57,458 nt of DNA from Lysobacteraceae bacterium (GTDB taxonomy: Bacteria; Pseudomonadota; Gammaproteobacteria; Xanthomonadales; BPKI01): assembly GCA_035444205.1 (NCBI GenBank), contig DAOMOD010000003.1, positions 1,503-58,960 of the forward strand, written 5' to 3'. How positions within the stretch are numbered: the stretch's first letter is position 1; every line of letters begins with the position of its first letter. Shown in pieces: positions 22,765 to 36,552 of the stretch. The notes below the pieces were generated by a model. That model was not told the origin of the DNA, ran no database searches, and saw only the letters and a list, made by a program, of their open reading frames with translations. The position numbers were made by a program, and so were the translations under genes.

Positions 22765-24006
22765 TCAGCGGGCCAGGCGCAGGCCGGCGAACTGCCAGCG
22801 CGCGGCAGGGGGGAAGAAGTTGCGGTAGGTCGGCCGCACATGACCGGGCGGACTGGCGCAGGAGCCGCCGCGCAGCACCATCTGCCCGGACATGAACTTG
22901 CCGTTGTACTCGCCCTCGGCGCCAGGCGCCGCGCGAAAGCCGGGGTAGGGCGCATACGCCGAGGCGGTCCACTCCCAGACCTCGCCGACATCGCCACCAG
23001 CGGCCGGATGCAGGCGGTCCGCATCCGCGGCGTTGCCGAAGCGCCCTTGCATGAGGGACTCCCATTCCGCTTCGGTGGGCAACCGCGCGCCGGACCAGCG
23101 CGCGTAGGCGTCGGCCTCGTAGTAGCTGATGTGGCAGACCGGCTCGGCCGGGTCGATGTCGCGCTTGCCGGCCACGGTGAACTGGCGCCAGCCATCTTCT
23201 TCGCGGACCCAATACAGCGGCGCCTGCCAGCCCTCGCGCTGCACCGCATCCCAGCCGTCGGACAGCCACAGCCGCGGCTCCCGGTAACCACCGTCTTCGA
23301 TGAAGGCGAGGTACTCGCCGTGGCTCACCGGACGCGCTGCCACGGCGAAAGGTTCCAGCCACTGGCGGTGGCGCGGTCCCTCGTTGTCGTAGGCGAATCC
23401 CGGTCCCGGGTGGCCGATCTCGACGGTGCCGGCGCCAGGCCATTCGACCCATCGGGGTGGCGTTTCGTCTGCAATCCCGGGTTCGGGCAGTGTGCGCCAG
23501 GCCGGTTGCAGCGGGTTCTGGAACAGCAGGTGCTTGAGATCGGTGACCAGCAGTTCCTGATGCTGTTGTTCGTGGTGGAGGCCGAGCTCCAGCATCTCCA
23601 GCGTGCGCGGCGCGACCGCGTCCGACGTCAGCAGTTCGAGCACTCGGCCCTCCACCTCCTGCCGGTAGGCCAGCACCTCGTCCAGTGCGGGCCGGGTCAG
23701 CAGCCCGCGTTGCGGTCGCGGGTGGCGCGCGCCGAGCGCCTCGTAATAGGAGTTGAACAGGAAATGCCAGCCCGGCCGCAACGGCCCGAGGTCGAGCGCG
23801 GGTGCGAGCACCAGCACCTCGAAGAACCAGGTGGTATGCGCAAGGTGCCACTTGCCCGGACTGGCATCGGGCATGGACTGCGCGCCGAGATCCTCGGCCG
23901 ACAGCCCCTGAACCAGCGCCTCCGAGCGACGCCGCACCGCCACGAAACGATCCGCAAGCGCACTGGCGCCGGATTCGGGATCGAACTCCTCCACGGAAAC
24001 ACTCAT
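22765..24006 (-). CDS. egtB: ergothioneine biosynthesis sulfoxide synthase EgtB (DinB-like plus FGE-sulfatase domains)
   Basis: WHLAHTTWFFE and HHEQQHQELL (DinB-like metal site). EVWEWTASAYAPYPGF (FGE-type domain). ATG 24006 is preferred over the TTG at 24018. Confidence 0.85.
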   Translation of the reverse strand: MSVSVEEFDPESGASALADRFVAVRRRSEALVQGLSAEDLGAQSMPDASPGKWHLAHTTWFFEVLVLAPALDLGPLRPGWHFLFNSYYEALGARHPRPQRGLLTRPALDEVLAYRQEVEGRVLELLTSDAVAPRTLEMLELGLHHEQQHQELLVTDLKHLLFQNPLQPAWRTLPEPGIADETPPRWVEWPGAGTVEIGHPGPGFAYDNEGPRHRQWLEPFAVAARPVSHGEYLAFIEDGGYREPRLWLSDGWDAVQREGWQAPLYWVREEDGWRQFTVAGKRDIDPAEPVCHISYYEADAYARWSGARLPTEAEWESLMQGRFGNAADADRLHPAAGGDVGEVWEWTASAYAPYPGFRAAPGAEGEYNGKFMSGQMVLRGGSCASPPGHVRPTYRNFFPPAARWQFAGLRLAR

Positions 24007-24129
24007 GCCGGGTCGCAATACGGATGCCAGCCCTTCCAGCCCCGAACCTTAGCACTACACCGGGACCGCTGCATGGCGCCTTTTGCGTTGCCGGCTTTCC
24101 CATTCAGGTCGCTGTGCAAGCAACGACCT

Positions 24130-24138
24130 TGGTAGAAT
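24130..24138 (+). promoter_or_regulatory. candidate extended -10 promoter element upstream of pyrG
   Basis: TGgTAGAAT lies 27 nt upstream of the pyrG ATG. No convincing -35 element was found. Confidence 0.3.
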
Positions 24139-24158
24139 CCAGTTTTCCAACGCCCTGA

Positions 24159-26644
<2,486 letters not shown>

Positions 26645-26691
26645 GTTCCGCAACCCATCCGACCAAAGCAAAGACGCGAGGAGTAAGGACG

Positions 26692-28140
26692 ATGCGCAAG
26701 CTGTCTGTGATGCTCTCCACCTTGCTGGCTGCTGCGAGCCCGACAGTGAGCGCGGAGCTCGAACAGGCCCAGGTGCTGGCTGGGTTCGAGCGCGCCAAGG
26801 CGGCGTTCACTGTGTGCGGCCCTGATCTCGTGTATGCCTTGCATCCGGCGGAACTGTCGGGCTACCGGATGATGGCCGAGGGCATCAACTTTCGTGCGCT
26901 GGACCCTGAGCCGGACGACGAGGGCGATCACTTCGAGGCGTTTCTCAACGAAGTCGTGGACGGGCTGCCGATGGAGAGCCTGAGACTGATCCTTGAGCTA
27001 CGGAGCAAGGCCGAGGCACTGCGCTTCGATGCCGACGGTCGGGCGCTGGTCGGCATTCTGTGCGATCTGTACGGTGAAACCCTGGCCGAGGCGGTTGCCG
27101 GGATGGAGGCGGGCGAGGTACGTATAGAAGCTGACGCAGCTCTCCTTGAACTGAGTCGTGACGGCGAGCCGAGCACAAGGCCAGTTGCCCTGATGCGTGA
27201 TGCCCACGGTTGGCGAACGGTCGACCTGCTGGAGCACATGCAGGGAGACCTATTCGAGTTCGCGTATTTCGAAGATGACAGTCAGGATGAGGCTTTGTCG
27301 GAGGATGCCGAGATCCATGTCCTCAGAGCGCGCGTGCACGCGATGGAACCGCCGCCCTTCGCGCTGCCGGCGGAGGAGATGCAGGCGCGCTTGTTCGCCA
27401 TGATCGAGCCCGCCCAGTCAGTCCACTCTGAGGCCATGATGCGTCTCCAACGTAACCGGCGAGCCGAAATCCTGCAGCGGGGAGACGGGCTGCTCGAGGC
27501 GCATGAAGCGGCATCGCTCTATCTCATGTCCCGGCGGAACGAGGAAGCTGACGCAATCGATAGCGCAAGAGTGATCGAATCGCTGCTGCACGCTAGCGGC
27601 GAGGGCGATGTGGTTGCCGCGGACACCTTGGCGCGCATCCACGAAGATGGCAGGTGGGTGCGGCGCGATTCCGCTGCCGCTCTGCTCTGGTACCGCCGCG
27701 CCCTGGAAGGCGGCTACGAGCACGCGGCGGTGAGCATTGCCAACTTGACCTACAGCCTCGATTCCGACCTCGCCCCAGACTGTGGGGCAACGATCGCAGC
27801 GCTGGAAAACGTGGACCTCGAATCGACCTGGGGTGCCGGTGCGCGCCTGGCTTGGGTGTTGGCAACTTGCCCTGAGGCCGAAATGCGCGACGGCAAGCGC
27901 GCGCTGGCCATCGTCAACCAAGTGATCGGCGACTCAGAGGCGCGCTTCGGCGCCGATCATGTGGGCAGGGACCTCAAGGAGGCACTCGCCGCCGCCTATT
28001 GCGAGATCGGCGAGTTTGAGTTGGCGCTGCTGACCATGGACGAGGTCATGGACCGCAACACCTGTGGCGTCGACCCAGGACAGCTCAAGCGCTGGGAAAT
28101 GTATGGCGCGCAGCAGTGCTGGCGTGGCCCGCGAGACTGA
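26692..28140 (+). CDS. secreted hypothetical protein with an acidic N-terminal region and C-terminal Sel1/TPR-like repeats
   Basis: Strong RBS (GAGGAG). Signal peptide MRKLSVMLSTLLAAASPTVSA. Sel1-like repeat AADTLARIHEDGRWVRRDSAAALLWYRRALEGGYEHAAVSIANLTY. I recognise no family for residues ~25-290. Confidence 0.7.
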   Translation: MRKLSVMLSTLLAAASPTVSAELEQAQVLAGFERAKAAFTVCGPDLVYALHPAELSGYRMMAEGINFRALDPEPDDEGDHFEAFLNEVVDGLPMESLRLILELRSKAEALRFDADGRALVGILCDLYGETLAEAVAGMEAGEVRIEADAALLELSRDGEPSTRPVALMRDAHGWRTVDLLEHMQGDLFEFAYFEDDSQDEALSEDAEIHVLRARVHAMEPPPFALPAEEMQARLFAMIEPAQSVHSEAMMRLQRNRRAEILQRGDGLLEAHEAASLYLMSRRNEEADAIDSARVIESLLHASGEGDVVAADTLARIHEDGRWVRRDSAAALLWYRRALEGGYEHAAVSIANLTYSLDSDLAPDCGATIAALENVDLESTWGAGARLAWVLATCPEAEMRDGKRALAIVNQVIGDSEARFGADHVGRDLKEALAAAYCEIGEFELALLTMDEVMDRNTCGVDPGQLKRWEMYGAQQCWRGPRD

Positions 28141-29454
<1,314 letters not shown>

Positions 29455-29471
29455 GGCGGGAAGTCAGCCTC

Positions 29472-29783
29472 ATGGGCCGCTACCTGGTGCTCGGCCTGCT
29501 GGTGCTGCTGCTCCTGCTGCAGCTTCGCCTGTGGGTCGGCGCCGGAGGCATGCGTGAGGTGTGGCGCCTGGAGTCTGCGGTCGAGAGTCAGCAGCAGGAA
29601 AACGAGGAGCACCGGCAGCGCAACGAGGCGCTGGCTGCCGAAGTGCATGATCTGCGTGAAGGCGAGGAAGCGGTGGAGGAGCGTGCCCGTTCCGAGCTTG
29701 GCATGATCAAGCCGGGCGAAGTGTTCTACCACGTCGTCGATGAGGCGCCGCCGCCGCGCGAGGAAGAGAGGCGGCGGCCATGA
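29472..29783 (+). CDS. ftsB: cell division protein FtsB
   Basis: Internal ATG 29472 gives [21 protein letters not shown] (a single TM helix), then a coiled coil and [15 protein letters not shown]. 103 aa. Confidence 0.88.
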   Translation: MGRYLVLGLLVLLLLLQLRLWVGAGGMREVWRLESAVESQQQENEEHRQRNEALAAEVHDLREGEEAVEERARSELGMIKPGEVFYHVVDEAPPPREEERRRP

Positions 29784-30466
29784 CCTGGGCCGTGGTGGTG
29801 GCAGCCGGCCGTGGTCTGCGCTTCGGCGGACAGATTCCCAAGCAGTTCGTCCCGGTACTCGGCAAACCGCTGCTGCAGCACGCGCTGGAACGCCTGGCAT
29901 CGTGTCCCTCGGTCGAAGGGATGGTGGTGGTGTTGCCCGCCGAGGCCACCGCGCCGCTTCCCGTCGAGATGCGCGGCAAGCCGATGCGGCGTGCGGGCGG
30001 CGGCGCCGAACGTGTCGATTCGGTGAGCAACGGACTGGCTGCGCTGCCCGCGGACCTGGAGCAGGACGCCTTCGTGCTGGTGCACGACGGTGCGCGACCC
30101 TGCGTGCGCGTGGCCGATATCGAGCGGCTGATCGAACGTGGCAGCGGGCACGATGCCGGCGCCCTGCTGGCGGTGCCGGTGCGAGACACCCTGAAACGTG
30201 CCGATGGCGACAGCCGGGTGGCGGCGACGCTGCCGCGCCACCAGATCTGGCGCGCGCAGACGCCGCAACTGTTTCGCGTTCGCCTGTTGCGCGAAGCGCT
30301 GGCGCTGTCTGGTGGGCCGGAGATCACCGACGAGGCCGCGGCGGTGGAAGCTATGGGGCTGAAGCCGCTGCTGGTGCCGGGGAGCGAGGACAATATCAAG
30401 GTCACCACCGCCTCCGACCTGCTCATGGCCGAGTGGATCCTGAGCTGCCAGGGTGCGCTGCCATGA
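29780..30466 (+). CDS. ispD: 2-C-methyl-D-erythritol 4-phosphate cytidylyltransferase
   Basis: [14 protein letters not shown] motif. ATGA overlap with ftsB. Confidence 0.92.
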   Translation: MTWAVVVAAGRGLRFGGQIPKQFVPVLGKPLLQHALERLASCPSVEGMVVVLPAEATAPLPVEMRGKPMRRAGGGAERVDSVSNGLAALPADLEQDAFVLVHDGARPCVRVADIERLIERGSGHDAGALLAVPVRDTLKRADGDSRVAATLPRHQIWRAQTPQLFRVRLLREALALSGGPEITDEAAAVEAMGLKPLLVPGSEDNIKVTTASDLLMAEWILSCQGALP

Positions 30467-30939
30467 TGCGCATAGGTCAGGGCTTCGACGTGCACGCCTT
30501 CAGCGAGGGCGATCACGTAGTCCTGGGCGGCGTGCGCATCGCCCACGATCGCGGCATTGCCGCGCACTCCGACGGCGACGTGCTCATCCATGCGCTGTGC
30601 GACGCGTTGCTCGGAGCGCTTGCGCTCGGTGACATAGGCCACCACTTCCCGCCGTCGGATGCGCATTGGAAGGACGCCGACAGCCGCATCCTGCTGCGCC
30701 AGGTGGTGGCGCTGCTGGCCGGGCGCGGCTGGCGGGTCGGAAACGTCGACACCACCGTCGTCTGCGAAACACCAAGGGTCGGTCCGCACGTGGCCGCCAT
30801 GCGCGAATGCCTGGCCGCCGATCTCGGCATCGACATCGATGGCATCAGCATCAAGGCCACCACCAGCGAAAGGCTCGGCTTCACCGGGCGCGGCGAGGGC
30901 ATCGCGGCGCAGGCCATCGCTCTGATCCTGCGGGCATGA
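30463..30939 (+). CDS. ispF: 2-C-methyl-D-erythritol 2,4-cyclodiphosphate synthase
   Basis: [13 protein letters not shown] and SDGDVLIHA. The start overlaps the ispD stop (ATGATG). This is the last 158 codons of track ORF 29740-30939. Confidence 0.93.
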   Translation: MMRIGQGFDVHAFSEGDHVVLGGVRIAHDRGIAAHSDGDVLIHALCDALLGALALGDIGHHFPPSDAHWKDADSRILLRQVVALLAGRGWRVGNVDTTVVCETPRVGPHVAAMRECLAADLGIDIDGISIKATTSERLGFTGRGEGIAAQAIALILRA

Positions 30940-31949
30940 GGCCGCTGCTGCGGGCGCGCTTTCGCGTTGCACCGGAGGATTTCCGGGTCGACGAGGAACT
31001 GGGTTTCGCGGCCGACGGGGAGGGCGAGCATCTGCTGCTGCGCGTGCAGAAGACCGGCGCCAACACCGAATGGGTGGCGCAACGGCTCGCCGCGTTCGTC
31101 GGCGTCGGCCCGGAGGCGGTCGGCTATGCCGGCCTCAAGGACCGTCACGCGGTGACCACACAGAGCTTCAGCGTGCACCTGCCCGGGCGTGCCGATCCGG
31201 ATTTTTCCACGCTGCCTGCCGAGGGCGTGCGTGTGCTCGAGGTGGCGCGCCACCGGCGCAAGCTGCCGCGCGGCGCGCTGCGCGGCAACCGCTTCGAAGT
31301 GGTGCTGCGGGACGTCGCGGGCGATCGCAATGCCATCGAGGAAAGACTGCACACGCTGGCGCAGTCGGGCTTTCCCAACTACTTCGGCGATCAGCGTTTC
31401 GGTCGCGACGGCGGCAACATCGCCGCGGCGGAACGCTGGTTCCGTCATGGCGGTCGGCTGACGCGTACGCGCCGTTCGCTGCTGTTGTCCAGCGCACGCA
31501 GTGCCCTGTTCAACGCGGTGCTGACCGAGCGCATCGCCGACGGCAGTTGGCAGCGCCTGTTGCCGGGCGACGTCGCCGTGCTGGCCGGCAGTCGCAGCTG
31601 GTTTCCCGTCGGCGATCCGCCGCCTGCCGATCTCGATGCGCGCCTGGCGAGCGGCGATGTGCACCCCTCCGGTCCGCTTTGGGGTCGCGGCAGTCTGCCG
31701 AGCAGCAGCCAGGTGGCGGCGTTGGAGCATCGCGTGGTGCATGCCCACGGTGGCCTTGCGGCGGGTCTGGAAGCCGCAGGCCTCAAGCAGGATCGACGCG
31801 CGCTGCGGGCGATGGCGGCAGATCTTGCGTGGAGCTTCGAGAGCGAGACGACGCTGCGCCTTGCCTGTCGACTCGATGCCGGTGTCTACATGACCAGCCT
31901 GCTGGCAGCGCTTGGCGAAGTGGAAGACGCTGCCGCGATAAGCCGGTAG
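30936..31949 (+). CDS. truD: tRNA pseudouridine(13) synthase
   Basis: ATG 30936 overlaps the ispF stop (ATGA). [12 protein letters not shown] and [13 protein letters not shown] motifs. 337 aa. Confidence 0.9.
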   Translation: MRPLLRARFRVAPEDFRVDEELGFAADGEGEHLLLRVQKTGANTEWVAQRLAAFVGVGPEAVGYAGLKDRHAVTTQSFSVHLPGRADPDFSTLPAEGVRVLEVARHRRKLPRGALRGNRFEVVLRDVAGDRNAIEERLHTLAQSGFPNYFGDQRFGRDGGNIAAAERWFRHGGRLTRTRRSLLLSSARSALFNAVLTERIADGSWQRLLPGDVAVLAGSRSWFPVGDPPPADLDARLASGDVHPSGPLWGRGSLPSSSQVAALEHRVVHAHGGLAAGLEAAGLKQDRRALRAMAADLAWSFESETTLRLACRLDAGVYMTSLLAALGEVEDAAAISR

Positions 31950-32184
31950 CTACGGTCTGGAGCTTCCCGCGGCACCCGGTTCAACCTCGTTTGACGGGCA
32001 GGCGCAGCGAATCGTCGCATCGATTTTCGCCCGCGCGAAGACGTCTCACCGGCGGCACCGGGAATCGGATCGATGGCACTGGAAACCGTGGCGCAAGGGG
32101 TGCATATTCGGGCGCAGGCCGGTTCGAATTCGGTCCAGCCGCAATCGATTCGGCCGCTTCCACCCCATCCCGGGAGGCTGAGTC

Positions 32185-32412
32185 ATGAGCAAGATATCCC
32201 CGCAACTCCTCGTCAAGGCCTGTGCTGTACTGGCAGTGGCGGCGATGGCCACAGGTTGCGCCACCACGACTACCCCCACTGCGCATTCCGGCATCGCGGC
32301 GTCCAACGTCTCGGGCCAGGTCGACGGCGACAAGATGGCGCGTGTCGAGACGGTGGCGCGTCGCACCGGCGTGACCGTGGTCTGGGTCAATCCACCGCGC
32401 AAGTACGACTGA
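32185..32412 (+). CDS. small lipoprotein (75 aa), function unknown
   Basis: GGGAGG RBS. Lipobox in MSKISPQLLVKACAVLAVAAMATGC. Confidence 0.6.
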   Translation: MSKISPQLLVKACAVLAVAAMATGCATTTTPTAHSGIAASNVSGQVDGDKMARVETVARRTGVTVVWVNPPRKYD

Positions 32413-32432
32413 GGGCGCTTCGCTTCTGCGTC

Positions 32433-32987
32433 TCAGCGTGGTGCCGCCAGCAGTACCAGGGTGGCGCCGGTGCCACCCTGGGACGGGCGAGCCGAGGCGA
32501 AGGCAAGCACATCGCCGCGCTGCCTGAGCAGGCGATCGGCGAGTCTCTTCAGCACCGGGCCCTGCGCCTTCGAGCGCAGGCCCTTGCCGTGGATCACCTT
32601 CACGCACAGGCGCCTTTCCCTGCGGCATTCGTCGAGGAAGCGCTTGAGCGTCGCCTCGGCGGCGGCCGCGTTCATCTGGTGCAGGTCGATTTCGTCGGCG
32701 ACGGCAAACTGGCCGCGGCGCAGGCGCTTCAACAGGCGCGGCGAGTGGCCGTCCTTGAGGTGAACCAGTTCCTCGCCGACCTCGATGCTGGCGGGGTCGA
32801 AATCCATGCGCAGCAGTTCGTCCATGACCCGCGCCTCGTCGGCCTCGGAGTGGCGCGGACGTGGCTTCGGCCGCGGGGCTGAGGGCACCACGGTAGGGGA
32901 TTTCATGCGTCGCACCGGCCCCACCGCTTCCTCGAACAGGGCGCGGTCGGTAGCGTCCGGGACGCTGCTCGGCTTGCGTTTGTGCAT
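32433..32987 (-). CDS. Smr/MutS2-type small endonuclease domain protein
   Basis: C-terminal Smr domain (EIDLHQMNAAAAEATLKRFLDE...VKVIHGKG...GGTGATLVLL). Start at ATG 32987 (MHKRKP) or ATG 33017. The upstream part of the track ORF is an artefact. Confidence 0.8.
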   Translation of the reverse strand: MHKRKPSSVPDATDRALFEEAVGPVRRMKSPTVVPSAPRPKPRPRHSEADEARVMDELLRMDFDPASIEVGEELVHLKDGHSPRLLKRLRRGQFAVADEIDLHQMNAAAAEATLKRFLDECRRERRLCVKVIHGKGLRSKAQGPVLKRLADRLLRQRGDVLAFASARPSQGGTGATLVLLAAPR

Positions 32988-33105
32988 GTCACGATAGTAC
33001 CGGTGCGCGGATGACATTGGGGTTGGTGTGCGCAGCCGCGGTTCGCCGATGCGGGGTTTCGGCTCGCGTTCGGGTATATTTCCCCGGTTTCCCGACCCGC
33101 TCCCC

Positions 33106-33882
33106 ATGCATCTACTTATCAGCAACGACGACGGCGTCGAGGCGCCGGGCATACGCGTGCTGGCCGACAGTCTGGCCAGTCTCGGCAAGGTCACCGTGGT
33201 CGCTCCCGATCGCGACCGCTCCGGTGCCAGCAACTCGCTCACCCTGGACCAGCCGATCCGCGTGTCCTGCCTCGACAGTGGTTTCTTCCGCGTCGCCGGC
33301 ACGCCCACCGACTGCGTGCATCTGGCGCTATGCGGCATGCTTGACGACGAACCCGACATCGTCGTCTCCGGCATCAACAACGCGGCCAATCTCGGCGACG
33401 ACGTGATCTACTCCGGCACCGTGGCGGCAGCCATGGAAGGGCGCTTTCTCGGCCTGCCGGCCATCGCCGTTTCGCTGGCCAGCCACGGCCACAAGCCGCA
33501 GCACTTCGAAAGTGCGGCGCGGGCTGCGCGCCTCATCGTCGAACGCCTGGTGCATGACCCGCTGCCGGCCGACACCATCCTCAACCTGAACGTGCCCGAC
33601 CTGCCCTGGGAGAAGATCCGTGGTTTCGAGGTCACCCGGCTCGGTCATCGCCATCGCGCCGAACCCTGTGTGCCGCAGTCCGACCCGCGCGGTCGGCCGA
33701 TCTGGTGGATCGGTCCCGCCGGCGCGGAACAGGATGCCGGTCCCGGCACCGATTTCCACGCAGTGCGCAACGGCTTCATCTCGATCACCCCGATCCATGT
33801 CGACCTGACCCGCTACCAGGCGCTGGACAAGGTTTCCGGGTGGGTGGTCGCCCTCGGCGAGTCCATGGCGTTCAGCGCATGA
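33106..33882 (+). CDS. surE: 5'/3'-nucleotidase SurE
   Basis: [16 protein letters not shown] at the internal ATG 33106. 258 aa. Confidence 0.93.
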   Translation: MHLLISNDDGVEAPGIRVLADSLASLGKVTVVAPDRDRSGASNSLTLDQPIRVSCLDSGFFRVAGTPTDCVHLALCGMLDDEPDIVVSGINNAANLGDDVIYSGTVAAAMEGRFLGLPAIAVSLASHGHKPQHFESAARAARLIVERLVHDPLPADTILNLNVPDLPWEKIRGFEVTRLGHRHRAEPCVPQSDPRGRPIWWIGPAGAEQDAGPGTDFHAVRNGFISITPIHVDLTRYQALDKVSGWVVALGESMAFSA

Positions 33883-34556
33883 AGCTGCAACAGAAACTCG
33901 GCGCCGAGGCTCGCGGACTCGGCATGACTTCGCAGCGGGCGCGCGACCGCCTGATCGAGCGCCTGCGTGGCGCCGGCATCGCCGACGCGGCGGTGCTGGA
34001 GGCGATCCGCACCGTGCCGCGCCACCTGTTCATCGACGAAGCCCTGGCCAGCCGCGCCTACGAGGACACCGCGCTGCCCATCGGCCACGGGCAGACCATT
34101 TCGCAGCCTTTCGTGGTGGCACGCATGACCGCGCTGGTGATCGGCAACCGTCGTCCGTCGCGGGTACTGGAGATCGGTACCGGATCGGGCTACCAGGCGG
34201 CCATCCTGGCCACCCTGGTCGATCGCGTGTACACGGTCGAGCGCATCGACGAGCTGCTGCGACTGGCGCGCCGGCGCTTCCGCAAGCTCGGACTCACCCA
34301 TATCCGTTCGCGTCACGACGATGGCCGATTGGGCTGGCCCGAGGAGGCGCCCTTCGATGCCATCCTGGTGACCGCGGCGGGACCGGTGGTCGAGCCCGCC
34401 CTGATCGATCAGCTTGCCGTGGGCGGCGTGCTGGTGGCCCCGGTCGGGTTGCCGGGTGCACAGCGCCTGCTGCGCGTCACCCGGGGTGCCGAGGGTCTGC
34501 TGGAAGAAGCCTTCGACCCGGTGACTTTCGTGCCCCTGCTGGGCGGCGTGCTTTGA
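33879..34556 (+). CDS. pcm: protein-L-isoaspartate O-methyltransferase
   Basis: ATGA overlap with sur[12 protein letters not shown] and [14 protein letters not shown] motifs. Confidence 0.93.
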   Translation: MKLQQKLGAEARGLGMTSQRARDRLIERLRGAGIADAAVLEAIRTVPRHLFIDEALASRAYEDTALPIGHGQTISQPFVVARMTALVIGNRRPSRVLEIGTGSGYQAAILATLVDRVYTVERIDELLRLARRRFRKLGLTHIRSRHDDGRLGWPEEAPFDAILVTAAGPVVEPALIDQLAVGGVLVAPVGLPGAQRLLRVTRGAEGLLEEAFDPVTFVPLLGGVL

Positions 34557-35137
34557 TGGCCCTGTTCGAGCCGATCTACCGGCGCACCCTGGCGCTGTCC
34601 GAACATCGACACGCGACGCGCTACCTGGTGGCGGTGAGCGCGTCGGAAAGCATCATCTTTCCGGTGCCGCCGGATGTGATGCTGATTCCCATGGCGCTGG
34701 CGCGACCGCGACGCGCATTTTATTTCGCCAGCGTGTGCACCATTGCCTCGGTGGCCGGCGGACTGGTCGGTTACCTGCTTGGCATGTTCGCCTTCGAGCT
34801 GGTCGAGCCGTGGCTGCACCGGTTCGGATACTGGTCCGCCTTCGTGCAGGTGCAGGACCTGTTCGCCCGCTACGGCTTCTGGATCGTGCTGGCCGCGGGC
34901 TTCACACCGATTCCATTCAAGGTGTTCACCATCGCTTCGGGCGCCTTCGGCATGCCCTTCCTGCCGTTTGTGCTGGGTTCGATGGTCGGACGCGGCGGGC
35001 GTTTCTTCCTGGTTGCCTCGCTGATCCGCATCGGCGGCGAACGCATGGAGGCGCAGATTCGCCGCCACGTCGAATGGCTGGGCTGGCTGGGCGTCGCGCT
35101 GGTGGTGGCCGCCGGTCTGTGGCTGTGGCTGCGCTGA
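34556..35137 (+). CDS. YqaA-family (DedA/SNARE-associated-like) inner membrane protein
   Basis: ATG 34556 overlaps the pcm stop (TGATG). Four or five hydrophobic helices. The pattern SESIIFPVPPDVMLIP...GFTPIPFKVFTIASG is typical of YqaA. Confidence 0.75.
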   Translation: MALFEPIYRRTLALSEHRHATRYLVAVSASESIIFPVPPDVMLIPMALARPRRAFYFASVCTIASVAGGLVGYLLGMFAFELVEPWLHRFGYWSAFVQVQDLFARYGFWIVLAAGFTPIPFKVFTIASGAFGMPFLPFVLGSMVGRGGRFFLVASLIRIGGERMEAQIRRHVEWLGWLGVALVVAAGLWLWLR

Positions 35138-35145
35138 AGCCGACC

Positions 35146-36090
35146 ATGCACACGCGACGGATCCTGCTGTTGTCGCTTCTGGTGCTGGCTGGCTGCGCCA
35201 GCGCTCCGGCACCGGTGCACGACCGCTCGCCGGGCGTGCCGCGCAGCGCACGGGCGGTCGACGATACGCACCTGGTGCAACGCGGCGATACCATCTATGG
35301 CATTGCCTTCCGCAACAACCTCGACTGGCGCGAATTCGCCGCATGGAACCAGGTCGGGTCGCCCTACACCATCTACATCGGACAGCGCCTGCGCCTGACG
35401 CCACCTCCGGGCTGGCGACCTGGCGCGGTGCCGGCGGTCGCGGCAAGGTCGCCGGACATCGTCGCCTCGACCGGTCCGGTGGAAACGCAGCCACTGGTGA
35501 TCGATGATCGTCCGGCCCGGGTCGAGGCGCTGGGACCGGCGACGGATACACCTCGGACCACGCAACCACGACCCCAACCTGCGGAGACGCAAGCGCCCAC
35601 GCGGCCCGCGCCAACGCCCGATCGAAGCGCAGAAGCACGCACGCCGTCCGTCGACCCACCACCCACGCCGAGCGCCACCACGCCGCAGGGGCCTCCCGCA
35701 GCCACGCGTACGGTCCAGGGCGTGGCCTGGCGCTGGCCGGCCAGCGGCCCGCTGCTGCGTACGTTTGCAGCCAACGATCCCCTGCGTCAGGGAATCGATA
35801 TCGCCGGAACAGCGGGAGACCCGGTCTATGCCTCGGCCGACGGCGAGGTGGTGTACTCGGGTTCGGGACTGGTCGGCTATGGAGAGCTGATCATCATCAA
35901 GCACTCCGAGCAGTACCTTTCCGCGTATGGCCACAATCGCAGGCGTCTGGTCAGCGAGGGCCAGCGCGTGCGCGCCGGCCAGCAGATCGCCGAGATGGGG
36001 CGCACCGGCACCGACCGCGAGAAACTGCATTTCGAGATCCGCCGCGGCGGACGCCCGGTCAACCCGGCCGAGCATCTGCCGCCGCGTTGA
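35146..36090 (+). CDS. nlpD: LysM/M23 murein hydrolase activator lipoprotein NlpD
   Basis: Lipobox in MHTRRILLLSLLVLAGC. LysM domain (HLVQRGDTIYGIAFRNNLDW). Pro-rich linker. M23 domain (GIDIAGTAGDPVYASADGEVVYSG...IIKHSEQYLSAYGHN). Confidence 0.9.
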   Translation: MHTRRILLLSLLVLAGCASAPAPVHDRSPGVPRSARAVDDTHLVQRGDTIYGIAFRNNLDWREFAAWNQVGSPYTIYIGQRLRLTPPPGWRPGAVPAVAARSPDIVASTGPVETQPLVIDDRPARVEALGPATDTPRTTQPRPQPAETQAPTRPAPTPDRSAEARTPSVDPPPTPSATTPQGPPAATRTVQGVAWRWPASGPLLRTFAANDPLRQGIDIAGTAGDPVYASADGEVVYSGSGLVGYGELIIIKHSEQYLSAYGHNRRRLVSEGQRVRAGQQIAEMGRTGTDREKLHFEIRRGGRPVNPAEHLPPR

Positions 36091-36138
36091 GGGCGCAGCA
36101 AGCCACGCTCTACGACAGCGCGCAAGCCCAAGGTCTTC

Positions 36139-36161
36139 GTAGTGCCGAGCCTGCTCGGCAC
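36139..36161 (+). repeat. single GTAG-headed REP hairpin (possible bidirectional terminator)
   Basis: GTAGTGCCGAGcctgCTCGGCAC lies between the convergent nlpD and Mth938-like genes. Confidence 0.55.
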
Positions 36162-36171
36162 CGTTCAAGGC

Positions 36172-36540
36172 TCAGCCAAGCAGAAACGCCGCCACCACGC
36201 GTCGACCTTCGGCGGCCAGCACGTTGAAGGTACGGGCCGCGGCACCGTTGTCCATGACCTCGACACCGATGCCTCGGGTCAGGAACGCGGCCAGGGTGTG
36301 CTGGCTCGGAAACACCTGGCGTGGCCCGGTGCCGAGAATCACCAGTTCCGGCGCCAGCTCGAACAGGGGCGCCAGGGCCGCATCCTGAAGGTCGGACAGT
36401 GCCGCGACCTGCCAGTCGCCCGCCTGTTCCGGGGTCAGCAGGAAACTGCGGGTGAAGGTGCGATCCGAGACCGCAATGCTGTCCTCGCGCACCCAGCGCA
36501 CGTACAGATGCCCATGCGGTGCTTCGTATTGCAGCGGCAC
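36172..36540 (-). CDS. Mth938-like (DUF498) domain protein
   Basis: GTG start with a GAGGAGG RBS. The pattern ELVILGTGPRQVFP...GIGVEVMDNGAAARTFNVLAAEGRRV is typical of the family. Confidence 0.8.
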   Translation of the reverse strand: MPLQYEAPHGHLYVRWVREDSIAVSDRTFTRSFLLTPEQAGDWQVAALSDLQDAALAPLFELAPELVILGTGPRQVFPSQHTLAAFLTRGIGVEVMDNGAAARTFNVLAAEGRRVVAAFLLG

Positions 36541-36552
36541 AACCGCGCCTCC

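Noticed and set aside
32116-32140. tRNA-like T-arm (GCCGG-TTCGAAT-TCGGT)
   Set aside because: No complementary acceptor stem, D-arm or anticodon arm could be drawn in the preceding ~60 nt. At most this is a degraded fragment, so it is not called as a tRNA.
36091-36171. Expected rpoS downstream of nlpD
   Set aside because: No ORF is present, only an 81-nt spacer with a REP hairpin followed by a convergent gene. To my recollection the absence of rpoS after nlpD is normal for Xanthomonadales, so this is not an anomaly.
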